A program made the translations under genes and the position numbers. A DNA stretch of 63,256 nt, counting the filler, from Octopus bimaculoides (taxonomy: Eukaryota), in the NCBI RefSeq assembly GCF_001194135.2. It is 6 parts of 6 records of this genome, joined end to end, with 100 filler letters (N's around TTAATTAATTAA, not from the genome) between each part and the next. Parts side by side here need not be neighbours in the genome. Positions count along the whole stretch, not along the records: positions 45,953 to 55,963 come from NC_068999.1; positions 56,064 to 62,047 come from NC_068998.1; positions 62,148 to 63,256 come from NC_068985.1; 3 more parts are not named here. One strand, 5' to 3'. Each line of letters opens with the position of its first letter. Position 1 is the stretch's first letter. Positions 51,607 to 63,256 of this stretch are shown one piece after another. Below the pieces are notes generated by a model. It was not told the DNA's origin and searched no databases. It saw only the letters and a program-made list of their open reading frames with translations.

Positions 51607-51927
51607 TTGTTTCAAATCATTTGACTGTGGCCATACTGGAGCACTGCCTTTAGTCGAACAAATCGAACCCAGTACTTATTCTATCGGTCTCTATGGCCAA
51701 ACCGCTAAGTTACGGGGACATATACACACCAGCATCGGATATCAAGCAATGGCGGTGGGACAAATACATACACACATATATGACGGGTTTCTTTCAGTTT
51801 CCGTCTAGCAAATTCACTCACAAGGCTTTGGTCGGCCCGAGGCTATAGTAGAAAACACTTGCCGAAGGTGCCACGCAGTGAGCCTGAACCTGGAACCATA
51901 TGGGTGGTAAGCAAGCTACTTACCACA
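51607..51927 (-). mobile_element. SINE family B
   Basis: Colinear with 31446-31845. Confidence 0.85.
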
Positions 51928-52065
51928 CTCCTAAGCCTACAAGCCACCCCTACGCCTACATGCCACTCATACGCTTTTTTGTTTAACTTTCTATAAAAAC
52001 TTTTTGTGGTTATTAATATTATTATTGTTGTTGTTGTTGCTGTTGTTGTTGTGGTTACTGTGTTG

Positions 52066-52488
52066 TTGAGTGAGAGAGTAACACAAGTCATCAGAATGAC
52101 ACTGGAGTACAAACATACAAAGCCCAATGTATCAATCATAACCACCCGTCTGATAAGGGTACACCAGGCACATGCATCAAAACCATATGTGCATGACATA
52201 GTGATCTCATATCAAGATAATTGGCGCATGACCTTGCAGGTGGGGGCCGAGTTACAAGTTTCTTGAAGTCGAGTAGCCCAACCCACTCAAAAGGTCCCTG
52301 TTTACGAATGATGAAGCACTCATTTCTAGAGGTGAATTATTCAAACTCCTCAACATATGGCCAGATGGCTATATGATGCTCCGCCACAACTTCTACTTGT
52401 GATCAGAGATGAATATACTGTCAGCCACTAAGGGACACGCTCAGCTAGTTAAGGTCAAGCAACTGAAAAGCAAATCTGTGGTATTGAG

Positions 52489-52490
<2 letters not shown>
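52066..52490. mobile_element. Unclassified interspersed repeat (family H), copy 1
   Basis: Colinear with 52788-53340 (acccgtctgataagggtacaccaggcacatgcatc); flanked by GTT/CAT/ATT tracts. Confidence 0.7.
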
Positions 52491-52527
<37 letters not shown>

Positions 52528-52550
52528 TATTATTATCATTATTATTATTA

Positions 52551-52760
52551 AGGTGGGCGAGCTGGCAGAATCATTAGCACGCCGGTCAAAATCCTTAGCG
52601 GTATTTCGCCCGTCGCTATGTACTGAGTTCAAATTCCGCCAACGTCGATAAATTAAGGGTCGATAAATTAAGTACCAGTGCAATTCTTGGGTCGGTGTAA
52701 TCAACTAGTCCTCTCCCCACAAAACTTCAGGCCTTGTGCCTATAACAGAAAGGATTATTA
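52551..52760 (+). mobile_element. SINE family C between (ATT)n tracts
   Basis: ggtgggcgagctggcagaatc...caggccttgtgcc. Confidence 0.8.
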
Positions 52761-52787
52761 TTGTTATTATTATTATCATTATTATTA

Positions 52788-53340
52788 TTGAGTGAGATAG
52801 CAGTGCATGCCATCAAAGTGACGCTGGGGTAAAATATACGAAGCCCATTATACCCATCATGACTACCCGTCTGATAAGGGTACACCAGGCACATGCATCA
52901 CAACCATATGTGTGCGACATGGTGACCTCATATCAAGATAAACAGCGCATGACCTCGCAGGTGGGGCACAGTTAGAATTTTCTTCAGGTCGAGTAGCCCA
53001 TCCCGTTCAAAAGGTCTCCAAATAAGGTTTGTTTAAGGATGTTGAGCAAAACACCCATGTTTCCAGAGGTGAATTAGTCAAACTCCAAAGAATTCTTCTC
53101 AACACATGGCTATGATGCTCCCCCACTACTTCTGCTCATGATCAGAGATGCACAATATCATCAGCCACCAAGGGACATGCTCAACTGGTTAAGATCAAAC
53201 AACTGACAAGCAAATCTGTGGTATTAAGCAGAATATTTGCTGTAGCCCATCTTTTATACCAAGAGAAAACAATGTACATGATAACACTTCCACTCAATTA
53301 AGATCAGAAGCCATGAGAGCCACTGCATCCGAGCATTCAC
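52788..53340. mobile_element. Unclassified interspersed repeat (family H), copy 2
   Basis: Longer copy ending in (ATT)n. Confidence 0.7.
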
Positions 53341-53341
53341 T

Positions 53342-53403
<62 letters not shown>

Positions 53404-53664
53404 GAGACTTTGCCTTTCATCCCTTCGGAATCGATAAATCAAGTACCAGTGAAATAATGGGGTTGATGTAATCGACTAGTCCTCTACCCCAACATTTCAG
53501 GTCTTGTGCCTTTAGTAGAGATGACTATTATTATTATTACGGCGGCAAGCTAGCAAAGTTGTTAGCACGTTGGGCGAAATGTTTAGGGTTATTATAATTA
53601 TTATTGCTGTTGTTCTTTTCTGAACATACGCTTAGGATGCCATTTGTATTTTACATTCCTGCAG

Positions 53665-53810
53665 GTTATTCCGTTCAACAACTGTCAAAGATTTTACCAT
53701 CTTCAGTCATCGGAGAGGGAGAAACCAGAAACATAGAGGTGGAGAAATATCCCCCAATCGAGGATATTAGAACTTTCCAATTTGTCGAAAACGAAAGAGG
53801 GTCAGAGTGA
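53665..53810 (+). CDS. Candidate exon, unknown protein
   Basis: ttttacattcctgcag| acceptor; phase-1 frame YSVQQLSKILPSSVIGEGETRNIEVEKYPPIEDIRTFQFVENERGSE* is complex, non-repetitive sequence. 3' boundary uncertain. Confidence 0.35.
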
Positions 53811-55736
53811 ATAGATACATATACATATAATATATATATATGTGTGTATGTGGAGGAAGGGTTCCATATATGTATATGTCTCGTGTCTGTCGGTCGTTCT
53901 GTCCATATGTATATATACATATACGCATATGTCTCTATAACAAGTATATATCATATGTGTGTGTGTGTCTGTATGTGTGCGCATTTGTACAAGTGTGAGC
54001 GATCGAATGTGTGCACGCGTGCGTGCTTTACTGTCCATATATGTGTTTTTAATTAACAATGTGTTTAAATTGAAGACATGTTCAAACGCAGATATCTATG
54101 TATATATATATCAGCCATGTTCTGTGACAACAGCCGAAAGAGCAGCTTTTTAACCATTTTACTTTTCTACTTCCTCTATGTAATTCGATTTTAATTGCCA
54201 TTGAACAGTTTGTTACACAAGGCGAAGGTGTTTGTAACCCTATGCACACATGCACGTGCGCGTGTGTGTTCGGGATACAAATACATTACGTATCTAAATA
54301 CGTACATGTGTATATCTATATATATATATATAATATANNNNNNNNNNNNNNNNNNNNNNNNNNNNNNNNNNNNNNNNNNNNNNNNNNNNNNNNNNNNNNN
54401 NNNNNNNNNNNNNNNNNNNNNNNNNNNNNNNNNNNNNNNNNNNNNNNNNNNNNNNNNNNNNNNNNNNNNNNNNNNNNNNNNNNNNNNNNNNNNNNNNNNN
54501 NNNNNNNNNNNNNNNNNNNNNNNNNNNNNNNNNNNNNNNNNNNNNNNNNNNNNNNNNNNNNNNNNNNNNNNNNNNNNNNNNNNNNNNNNNNNNNNNNNNN
54601 NNNNNNNNNNNNNNNNNNNNNNNNNNNNNNNNNNNNNNNNNNNNNNNNNNNNNNNNNNNNNNNNNNNNNNNNNNNNNNNNNNNNNNNNNNNNNNNNNNNN
54701 NNNNNNNNNNNNNNNNNNNNNNNNNNNNNNNNNNNNNNNNNNNNNNNNNNNNNNNNNNNNNNNNNNNNNNNNNNNNNNNNNNNNNNNNNNNNNNNNNNNN
54801 NNNNNNNNNNNNNNNNNNNNNNNNNNNNNNNNNNNNNNNNNNNNNNNNNNNNNNNNNNNNNNNNNNNNNNNNNNNNNNNNNNNNNNNNNNNNNNNNNNNN
54901 NNNNNNNNNNNNNNNNNNNNNNNNNNNNNNNNNNNNNNNNNNNNNNNTATATATATATATATATATGCATATATATCAATATGTGTGTATATGTACATAT
55001 GTGTGTGTGTATATATATGTATGTACATCAGGTATTGCATGGACAACATGACAATCCTTACGAGTTATTTTCCAAAGTGACAGCTGCTATATTATGTTGA
55101 ATATACAAATGTATACCATTGAATATAGGTATGTCAAACTGATGTGTGTGTAATATGTAAACACTGATTTGGAGAGGCGTTTATATTCACATAAAAATAC
55201 AAACACATAAAGATAGCATATAGCAACCTATTTAGAATCATATATACATGTACGTGTGAGCGTGTGTATGTATATAAATATATATACATATATATATATA
55301 TGGAGAGAGAGAATGAGAGATAGATACATATATGTTTTTGTTTATGTATACACACATACATACACACACGCGCATGCTTCTGTGTATGTGTATATACATG
55401 TATATATATATNNNNNNNNNNTAGATATATGTTTGTGAGTTCAATGCAGTGTGAGTGTGTACAGCTTGCAGCATGTTTTCTTTTTATACACACCATATAC
55501 GCATACTTATAAACATACATACATGCATACGCACATACACACACACATACAAACACACACATGCACACACACACATACACACACACACACACAGATATAT
55601 ACATATACACACGTGCATATGGATAAGGTGAACCACGCTCAATAAGAAATTTATACATACGCACATATATACACCCACACGCACACACATGTATATATCT
55701 CCGAGTGTATATGAACCTGTATGTGTGTATATGTGT

Positions 55737-55776
<40 letters not shown>

Positions 55777-55963
55777 CACGCTGAGAGAGATAAAAAGAAG
55801 AGATAAATGCGACAGACAGGTAAGCTGAATAAATGCATAGCTTCTTCTTGTTTTTATTTATTTATTTATCTATTTATTTTTTGTAATCCTTCCCCAAATC
55901 GTGCTTCCAATCCTCCAAGAGAAATTAAGATTTCAATAAATATAAAAACTATAGAAACTACAC

Positions 55964-56063
55964 NNNNNNNNNNNNNNNNNNNNNNNNNNNNNNNNNNNNN
56001 NNNNNNNTTAATTAATTAANNNNNNNNNNNNNNNNNNNNNNNNNNNNNNNNNNNNNNNNNNNN
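55964..56063. other. Artificial scaffold spacer
   Basis: N44-TTAATTAATTAA-N44. Confidence 0.95.
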
Positions 56064-56288
56064 GAGACAGACAGACAGAGACAGACAGACAGAGACAGAC
56101 AGACAGAGACAGACAGACAGAGACAGACAGACATACAGAGACAAACAGAGACAAACAGACAGAGACAGACAGACAGAGACAGACAGATAGAGACAGACAG
56201 ACAGAGACAGACAGACAGAGACAGACAGACAGAGACAGACAGACAGACAGAGACAGACAAACAGAGACAGACTGATAGACAGACAGAA
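56064..56288. repeat. (GACA)/(GA) compound microsatellite
   Basis: Direct reading. Confidence 0.95.
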
Positions 56289-56836
56289 GGATGGGACGAA
56301 AAGAAGATATGACTCCAATACTGGGCCATAAGGTCAAGACCTTGTTGCAGTGTATGTCTTCATGACCCTGAGAGTTATGCCATCTATTACATGGTGGATG
56401 AGTGAAAGGACAGAGACTAGGCTAATAAGAACCACCTGTTCCCAGTAGAAGACACTTGCCCAAGATGCCACACAGTGGGAATGAACCCGGAACCATGTGG
56501 TTGGTAAGCAAGCTACTTACCACACAGCCACTCCTGTGCCTGCGTATATGTATATATGTGTGTGTGTGTGTGTGTGTCATGCATGCATATATGTATATAT
56601 GTGAGTGTGTGTGTGTGCTTGTGTATATATGTTCATGTGTGCATGTGTGTGTTCATGTTTGTGCTTTACCCATTCCACTGTTTGACAACCATTGCTGGTT
56701 TGTTTATGTCCCAATAACTTTGCAGTTCGGTAAAAAAAGTCCGAGAGAATAAGTACCACGGTCACAATTCAATGACTGAATCAAGTAAAAGATAAGAAAT
56801 AAAAAATAAAAAAATAAAAAAAGGATGTGTACTCAC

Positions 56837-57130
56837 TTTTAATACAAACTGTAGAATTTCTGGCTGGCACAAAATCTTCAACACATATACATACATAGCC
56901 TTCACATGCTAACGGCCTACATTCTGCAAATTCAGTACATTCTTTATGTGTAGAACAGTTTCCATACAAACGAGTTATAAAAGTGTTATTTGGAATAGTT
57001 CTCCGATTAGGTGACCGTGGGACAGGGGCACCACGAGAAACTGAATTATTTTTTACTGTTGAATTAGAAACAGGAGAAACTGTTGAGGTCAACCCAGGAA
57101 TGGCTGGTAAAGGAATTTGGTTACATTCAT
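56837..57130 (-). CDS. Exon of a Cys-rich EB/EGF-like module glycoprotein (S/T/P-rich linker + one module)
   Basis: Acceptor ttttgcag|, donor A|GTGAGT; 294 nt, phase 1-1, open. ECNQIPLPAIPG...LYGNCSTHKECTEFAECRPLACEGYVCICVEDFVPARNSTVCIK; five N-x-S/T sequons. Confidence 0.85.
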
Positions 57131-57190
57131 CTGCAAAACAATGAAAATACAAAACAATTAGTAATTTCGTGTTAAGTCATTTCATTATTA

Positions 57191-57560
57191 TTAAGGTGGC
57201 AAGCTAGCAGAATCATTAGCACACCAGGTAATATGCTTAGCAGCATTTCATCCATCTTTACATTCGGAGTTCAAATTCTGCCAAGGTTGACTTCGTCTCT
57301 CATCCTTTCTGGTTCAATAAAACGTACCAGTTGAGTGCTAAGGTCAATATAACAAACTAGTCTCCTTTCCCTTCCCCAAACTTGCTGGCCTTGTGCAAAA
57401 ATTTGAAATCATCATCATCATCATCATTATTATTATTAAGGCAGCAAACTGGCAGAATCGTTAGCATGTTGAACAAAATGCTTAGTGATATTTCACCAAT
57501 TGCTACATTCTGCGTTCAAATTCCGCCAAGGTCAACCTTGTCATTCATTCTTTCAGCAGT
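57191..57560 (+). mobile_element. Two SINE family C copies (CpG-decayed)
   Basis: ggtggcaagctagcagaatcattagc... and ggcagcaaactggcagaatcgttagc... Confidence 0.8.
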
Positions 57561-58644
57561 CACGCCCCATGTTTCACTGCCATGTAGCATGGCTATTTGT
57601 ACACATGTGTCATACAGTCTACTTTTACTTTGAGTATATATATATATATATTTATATATAAACAATGAGCTTTTTCTAGTTTCCATCTACCAAATCCATG
57701 CACAAGGCTTTGGTCAGCCCATTAATATAGAAGACACTTGCCCAAGGTGCCATACAGTAGGATTGAAACTGAAGCCACATTGTTAGAAAGCAAGAAGGTT
57801 AACTCCACAGACACCTACTTCATGATGTAAATAAATGGTAAACAATGAAGATGAACAAATTATGACCAATTTTATACCAATTTTATTTAGACACATGAAC
57901 TATGAGGTGCACTGAATTGTCGGAGAAAATTATAGATAAAGATGTTTTCTAAGTTTCATATATAATCATGTATGAAATTATCAGGGGAACTATTCAGCTA
58001 TGGTCTTTGTATGGAATTAGATAGATAACAGAAGTCTAGATAACAATAAACCTGTAAACAACACCCCTAAGCTCTTTACATCGTTCCTACCACTGCTGCT
58101 GCAACTAAAGATGATGATGATAATGACGATGATGATGGGGGAGATGACAACAACAACAACAATGATGACGATTGTTGTTCTTGTTGTGACTATCCTGGGT
58201 AAGTAGACATTATTTATGTCTAGTTTGCCTAATGCGTCCTTTCGTCTTTTAAAAATGATAGGATGTGAGGGGATTTAGGTGCTACTTTTAATAAAATAGA
58301 GGTTCCCTGGTGCCAGGGCATTTGTCTTGACCACACTATATTAATAACCCTTAACCCAGCCTCTCTTCCTTCTCCTCCTTATTTCATTCTCTCTGTCTTC
58401 CTCCTATCTTTTATCTATCTAGTTCCATTTAAAAAATAATCTAATGTGACATTGTCCATTGTTTTTATAACCCATAGGCCTATGAAATATGTTTAAATTT
58501 CAGTATGTTTTCACTCTCTTCATTGATGCCAAAATGAGTGGGTCAATCCACATTCCACATTTTGGTATTTTCTCTCTGAACTAAATTTCAGATTTTTAAT
58601 TCACCTGAAGAAAACATTTATTTTCATGATGATATAGTGCGTGA

Positions 58645-58693
58645 GTTTTTATTGGTTAAACTGGCAACATGACCATCCCCAAATACAGCAATA

Positions 58694-58732
<39 letters not shown>

Positions 58733-58772
58733 ATTTGGGGATGGTCATATTGCCAGTTTAGCCAATAAAAAC
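58645..58772. repeat. Hairpin: arms of at least 47 bp around a (TA)n centre
   Basis: 58645-58691 pairs with 58726-58772 with three non-Watson-Crick positions. Confidence 0.93.
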
Positions 58773-58997
58773 ACACACACTCTATATTTGGTGTTAATTT
58801 GCTTCAGCTTTATATTACATTACATTACATTAATTCTATTTTGGCCAGAGTTCTTTTGTCACACTTCTGTGACCTCATTAGTGGTCCTTTGCTTTTCTTC
58901 TTTCTTATGTGTGTCCCACCTTGCTAACTATCAGCCATTTTGTATTTTGTATTCCTATTGTATGTGTCTACGCATGCGTATCCCTCTATGTGTGTCT

Positions 58998-60713
58998 ATG
59001 TTTTGTAAGTGCATGTGTGTGTATGGGGAGTGCCTGTATTATCTATATCCTCTGTTAATACATGTTCGTTTATTTTTTATATTTATTTATTTGTTCATGT
59101 GTTTATACCTACTTCTTTTTTTGTGTTTTTTTTTTGTTTTTTTTGTGTTTTTTGTGTTTTTTGTGTTTTTNNNNNNNNNNNNNNNNNNNNNNNNNNNNNN
59201 NNNNNNNNNNNNNNNNNNNNNNNNNNNNNNNNNNNNNNNNNNNNNNNNNNNNNNNNNNNNNNNNNNNNNNNNNNNNNNNNNNNNNNNNNNNNNNNNNNNN
59301 NNNNNNNNNNNNNNNNNNNNNNNNNNNNNNNNNNNNNNNNNNNNNNNNNNNNNNNNNNNNNNNNNNNNNNNNNNNNNNNNNNNNNNNNNNNNNNNNNNNN
59401 NNNNNNNNNNNNNNNNNNNNNNNNNNNNNNNNNNNNNNNNNNNNNNNNNNNNNNNNNNNNNNNNNNNNNNNNNNNNNNNNNNNNNNNNNNNNNNNNNNNN
59501 NNNNNNNNNNNNNNNNNNNNNNNNNNNNNNNNNNNNNNNNNNNNNNNNNNNNNNNNNNNNNNNNNNNNNNNNNNNNNNNNNNNNNNNNNNNNNNNNNNNN
59601 NNNNNNNNNNNNNNNNNNNNNNNNNNNNNNNNNNNNNNNNNNNNNNNNNNNNNNNNNNNNNNNNNNNNNNNNNNNNNNNNNNNNNNNNNNNNNNNNNNNN
59701 NNNNNNNNNNNNNNNNNNNNNNNNNNNNNNNNNNNNNNNNNNNNNNNNNNNNNNNNNNNNNNNNNNNNNNNNNNNNNNNNNNNNNNNNNNNNNNNNNNNN
59801 NNNNNNNNNNNNNNNNNNNNNNNNNNNNNNNNNNNNNNNNNNNNNNNNNNNNNNNNNNNNNNNNNNNNNNNNNNNNNNNNNNNNNNNNNNNNNNNNNNNN
59901 NNNNNNNNNNNNNNNNNNNNGGTCGTAGTAATGATCATCGTCATCATCATCATCATCATCATCATGGGTTCTCAACTATTTTTTTTATCTATGGACCCCT
60001 TTTATTACTATTTTATTCTGGTGGACCCCATAGTTTTATAGAAACCTCTTTCAAAATTCCCGTTTTCATTTTTGTAAAATGTTAGAGAGAAAGAAACCTA
60101 GCTGTTTCTTATGATACATACCAATACATACATCTAAAGCAAGTTTTTTTTTTTTTTTCAGGAGCCCTTAAAATTCTATTGTGGATCCCCAATTTACTAT
60201 TTGGTTACATGGAAATTCCACCCCCACCCTCCGCCAAATCTTATATGGACCCTCAGGGGCTATCATAATCATTGTTATCATTACTATAGTGCAGTCTTTA
60301 ATATAGTGACAAGTGGGAGGGTCTGTTTCTTAGCCCACACAAAAAAATGATAAAAACCCTTTCTTTCATAAATAGTACAAGAAACATAGTTTGACTGACA
60401 TGACTTTGTATAAGTGAAACTTGGTTCTATCAACAACAAAGATAAGAAAGATAACAAAGCAGACATTTCACCACCTATCCACTGCCCCGTCGCTAGATTT
60501 GAAGTCAGAAACACAAACAGAGCAACTTTGTGGTCACTCAATCTACTAGAAATAGTAACTGGTTCAACTTCAAATCATATACTACCACTAAGAAAGGAAG
60601 GATGCTTTAGATAAGATTATACGTAAATAAAAAAAAAATAAACGAACATGTATTAACAGAGGATATAGATAATACAGGCACTCCCCATACACACACATGC
60701 ACTTACAAAACAT
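58998..60713. repeat. 81-bp perfect inverted repeat (58998-59078 / 60633-60713)
   Basis: Base-by-base reverse complement; spans N gap 59171-59920. Confidence 0.92.
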
Positions 60714-60724
60714 GTATGTGTATA

Positions 60725-60755
<31 letters not shown>

Positions 60756-60779
60756 ATATGTGTGTATGTGTGTGTGTGT

Positions 60780-60955
60780 GGAGGCGCAATGGCCCAGTGG
60801 TTAGGGCAGCGGACTCACAGCTGTAGGATCATGATTTCGAGTCCCAAACTGGGCCTTGTGAGTGTTCATTGAACGAAAACACTTAAAGCTCCACGAGGTT
60901 CCAGCAGGGGGGGGGGGAGAACCCTGCAGTACTCTTGCACCACAACTTTCTCTCA
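60780..60955 (+). mobile_element. SINE family A, 5' half
   Basis: GGAGGCGCAATGGCCCAGTGGTTAGGGCAGCGGACTC head. Confidence 0.85.
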
Positions 60956-61198
60956 AATAAGTATGTTGTATGTATGTACGTATGTAAGTATGTATGTATA
61001 TGTGTGCTTGTGCATGTCTGTGTGCATGCATGTGTGTTAGTGTGTGTGTAATAAACACAGATGAACAGGCTATCTAGTACTGCAACAATTGTTTCATTAA
61101 GAGTGTTTGCTCTTACATTATACCAACATCTGATGATATACAACAGAACACAAAATCCCATAGCAATATAGAAATTTGACTCAGTGTCTCTAACTTAC

Positions 61199-61501
61199 TC
61201 AGATTGTAGTTTGTTGTAATACACTCAAACATATCATAAGGCAAAGCCTGTATTTCAATGTCAGTTTTCTTTCTATGGCCTGCTCTGCACTGACAAAAGC
61301 CATTCACACATTGAAGATTTGGGTAGGTACAGCCATTCTCGATATTACACCCGTATCCAAGTGCTCTCTCTGCTCTTCCCCGACATGTTTTGTTCTCTGT
61401 GGCTTCCAGTCCTTCACGGCAAACACATTGGCGAAACAAACAAACAGAGACCGTTGGGGGGCAATTGTCAGAAAAGTCACATTTCTCAAGGATGTTGGAA
61501 G
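61199..61501 (-). CDS. Exon with two EB/EGF-like Cys modules (same gene as 56837-57130)
   Basis: Acceptor ttttttaaacag|, donor A|GTAAGT; 303 nt, phase 1-1, open. SNILEKCDFSDNCPPTVSVCLFRQCVCREGLEATENKTC...LGYGCNIENGCTYPNLQCVNGFCQCRAGH...FEC (C-x5-C-x6-C-x4-C-x-C-xn-C twice). Confidence 0.88.
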
Positions 61502-61776
61502 CTGTTTAAAAAAATATTAAATTGTATGAGAGAAACAGAAAGAGATAGAGGAAGAATACAGAGAGAGAGAGAGTAAAACAAAAACAGAGAATGCAAATAG
61601 CATAACACAGACATGAGTATACAATTAATATGAACACTATCCTATATGCTAAGTGAAAAATCCTGTTGTTGTTATCATTTCTACCCACTATGCTTCTTAG
61701 GCTTTATAAGTATACACCAGTCAGTTGGTGATCCCTTGATCCTATATAAATTTCTATAACTTGTACCTACCCCTGT

Positions 61777-61819
<43 letters not shown>

Positions 61820-62047
61820 AAAAAAACAATAACAAAAAAACAAAAAAACAACAAAGTGAGGACGTGATATGGATAGTATTATTGGACGCTCAGGAAAGGA
61901 AAGAGAGAGTGTATGACGTTTCGGGCGTAGCCCTTCGTCGGAAAGATGGAAAGTTCAGAGAATGGAAGAACGGAGAAAGAGGAAAATGGTACCGATGGCC
62001 AATACATTTATATGTTTGGTATAGTTACAAACAATTTGTAGTGAAAT

Positions 62048-62147
62048 NNNNNNNNNNNNNNNNNNNNNNNNNNNNNNNNNNNNNNNNNNNNTTAATTAAT
62101 TAANNNNNNNNNNNNNNNNNNNNNNNNNNNNNNNNNNNNNNNNNNNN
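62048..62147. other. Artificial scaffold spacer
   Basis: N44-TTAATTAATTAA-N44. Confidence 0.95.
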
Positions 62148-62600
62148 ACCCTGGGGAGCACTTGAGTTTGTTTCGTAGCACAGGCTTCGTAGCACAGGCT
62201 TCGTAGCACAGGCTTCGTAGCACAGGCTTCGTAGCACAGGCTTTCCCCTTGTCCTTGATGGCTTGGGATAAAAAATTGGCCCTTTCTCATTTTGTATGAG
62301 GAATACCGAATGTCCTCATGCACTACCTGTCTGATAAATATCTCAGACACTCTCATGTCTATGGCAATGGACCTAATTGACTTGGAGGGTTCGTTGTCAA
62401 TCATGGCCTGAATCTCACCAACAAATTCAGGAGTTCTTGTCTTATCAGAACAATCGGAGTGAGTTTTCCGAGATGTTGCATCTTCGTAATCACCATTAAA
62501 CTCATCCAACTCTTTCCGAATCCTCTGCACTCTCCTCAGATTGACACCCAAACACTCGAACTGTTCCTATTGGAGGTCCCGGCGCGAATGCCAAGCAGTA
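62148..62600 (-). mobile_element. Mariner-like transposase, N-terminal HTH region (frameshifted)
   Basis: VNLRRVQRIRKEL...RTPEFVGEIQAMIDNEPSKSIRSIAIDMRVSE..IRQVVHEDIRY.SYKMRKGQ. Confidence 0.75.
62171..62240. repeat. 14-bp tandem repeat, 5 copies (CTTCGTAGCACAGG)
   Basis: Direct reading. Confidence 0.95.
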
Positions 62601-62781
62601 CAGCATGTCGTTTCCAAATTTCTGGCAAAGTGAATTGTGTCATGGTACTGTTTTCTCACAGACGGTGTCCAACTTACCCTACTATACTGTGTAGTCAACA
62701 AAATCAAAAACAAACAAAGCGCATGCGTGAAATTAAAATATATAAAATGGCGACAATTTACCCATCGTACCCTGTGTGTTA

Positions 62782-62821
<40 letters not shown>

Positions 62822-62846
62822 ACATCCACATGTATATATATACTCT

Positions 62847-63228
62847 TTTACTTGTTTCAGTCATTTGAGTGCGGTCATGCTGGAGCACCGCTTTTAGCCG
62901 AGCAAATGGACCCCGGGACTTATTCTTTGTAAGCCTAGTACTTATTCTATTAGTCTCTTTTGCCGAACCGCTAAGTGACGGGAACCTAAATACACCACCA
63001 TCGGTTGAGAAGCAATGCTAGGGGGACAAACACACACACAAACATACACACACGCATAGATATACATATATACGACGGGCTTCTTTCAGTTTCCATCTAC
63101 CATATCCACTCACAAGGCTTTGGTTGGCCCGAGGCTATAGTAGAAAACACTTGCCCAAGATACCACGCAGTGGGACTGAACCCAGAACCATGTGGTTCGT
63201 AAGAAAGCTACTTACCGCACAGCCACTC
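62847..63228 (-). mobile_element. SINE family B, full length
   Basis: Colinear with 31446-31845. Confidence 0.88.
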
Positions 63229-63256
63229 ATATGTATATATATATGTGTGTGCGTGT

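Noticed and set aside
58080-58204. Plus-strand signal-peptide exon (MMTIVVLVVTIL, G|GTAAGT)
   Set aside because: Made of GAT/CAA/GTT simple repeats inside an antisense intron; no downstream plus-strand exon was found.
60284-60587. Additional exon of the EB-module gene
   Set aside because: The nearest good acceptor (60588) gives stops in all three phases and the ORF has no Cys module.

Overview
Eukaryotic, AT-rich, microsatellite-dense animal DNA. The repeat landscape suggests an octopus/coleoid cephalopod (inference, not verified). The window is not one locus: five artificial 100-bp spacers (44 N + TTAATTAATTAA + 44 N, stop codons in all six frames) join six scaffolds: 1-18193, 18294-33104, 33205-45852, 45953-55963, 56064-62047, 62148-63256. 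Scaffold 1 carries part of an eIF4G gene on + (eIF4E-binding exon, linker exon, first MIF4G exon, and a possible very short first coding exon preceded by a uORF). Scaffold 5 carries two phase-1 exons on - of a secreted/membrane glycoprotein with EB/EGF-like Cys modules and a mucin-like linker; its intron holds a long hairpin and an 81-bp perfect inverted repeat. The rest is mostly mobile DNA: at least three tRNA-derived SINE families, TTAA-flanked MITEs, Tc1/mariner relics, a Helitron 3' end, CR1-like and R4/Dong-like LINE fragments, plus nested insertions with visible target-site duplications. The most unusual sequence-level observations are a 36-bp minisatellite amplified from a SINE promoter region, several near-perfect fold-back palindromes, retroelement pile-ups in (AAT)n tracts, and scaffold-specific CpG decay of the same SINE families. 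There is no CRISPR array or prokaryotic system, and I found no clearly novel enzymatic system. Most ORF-track entries are artefacts of microsatellites or N gaps. Repeat boundaries are approximate unless a TSD or TIR defines them.
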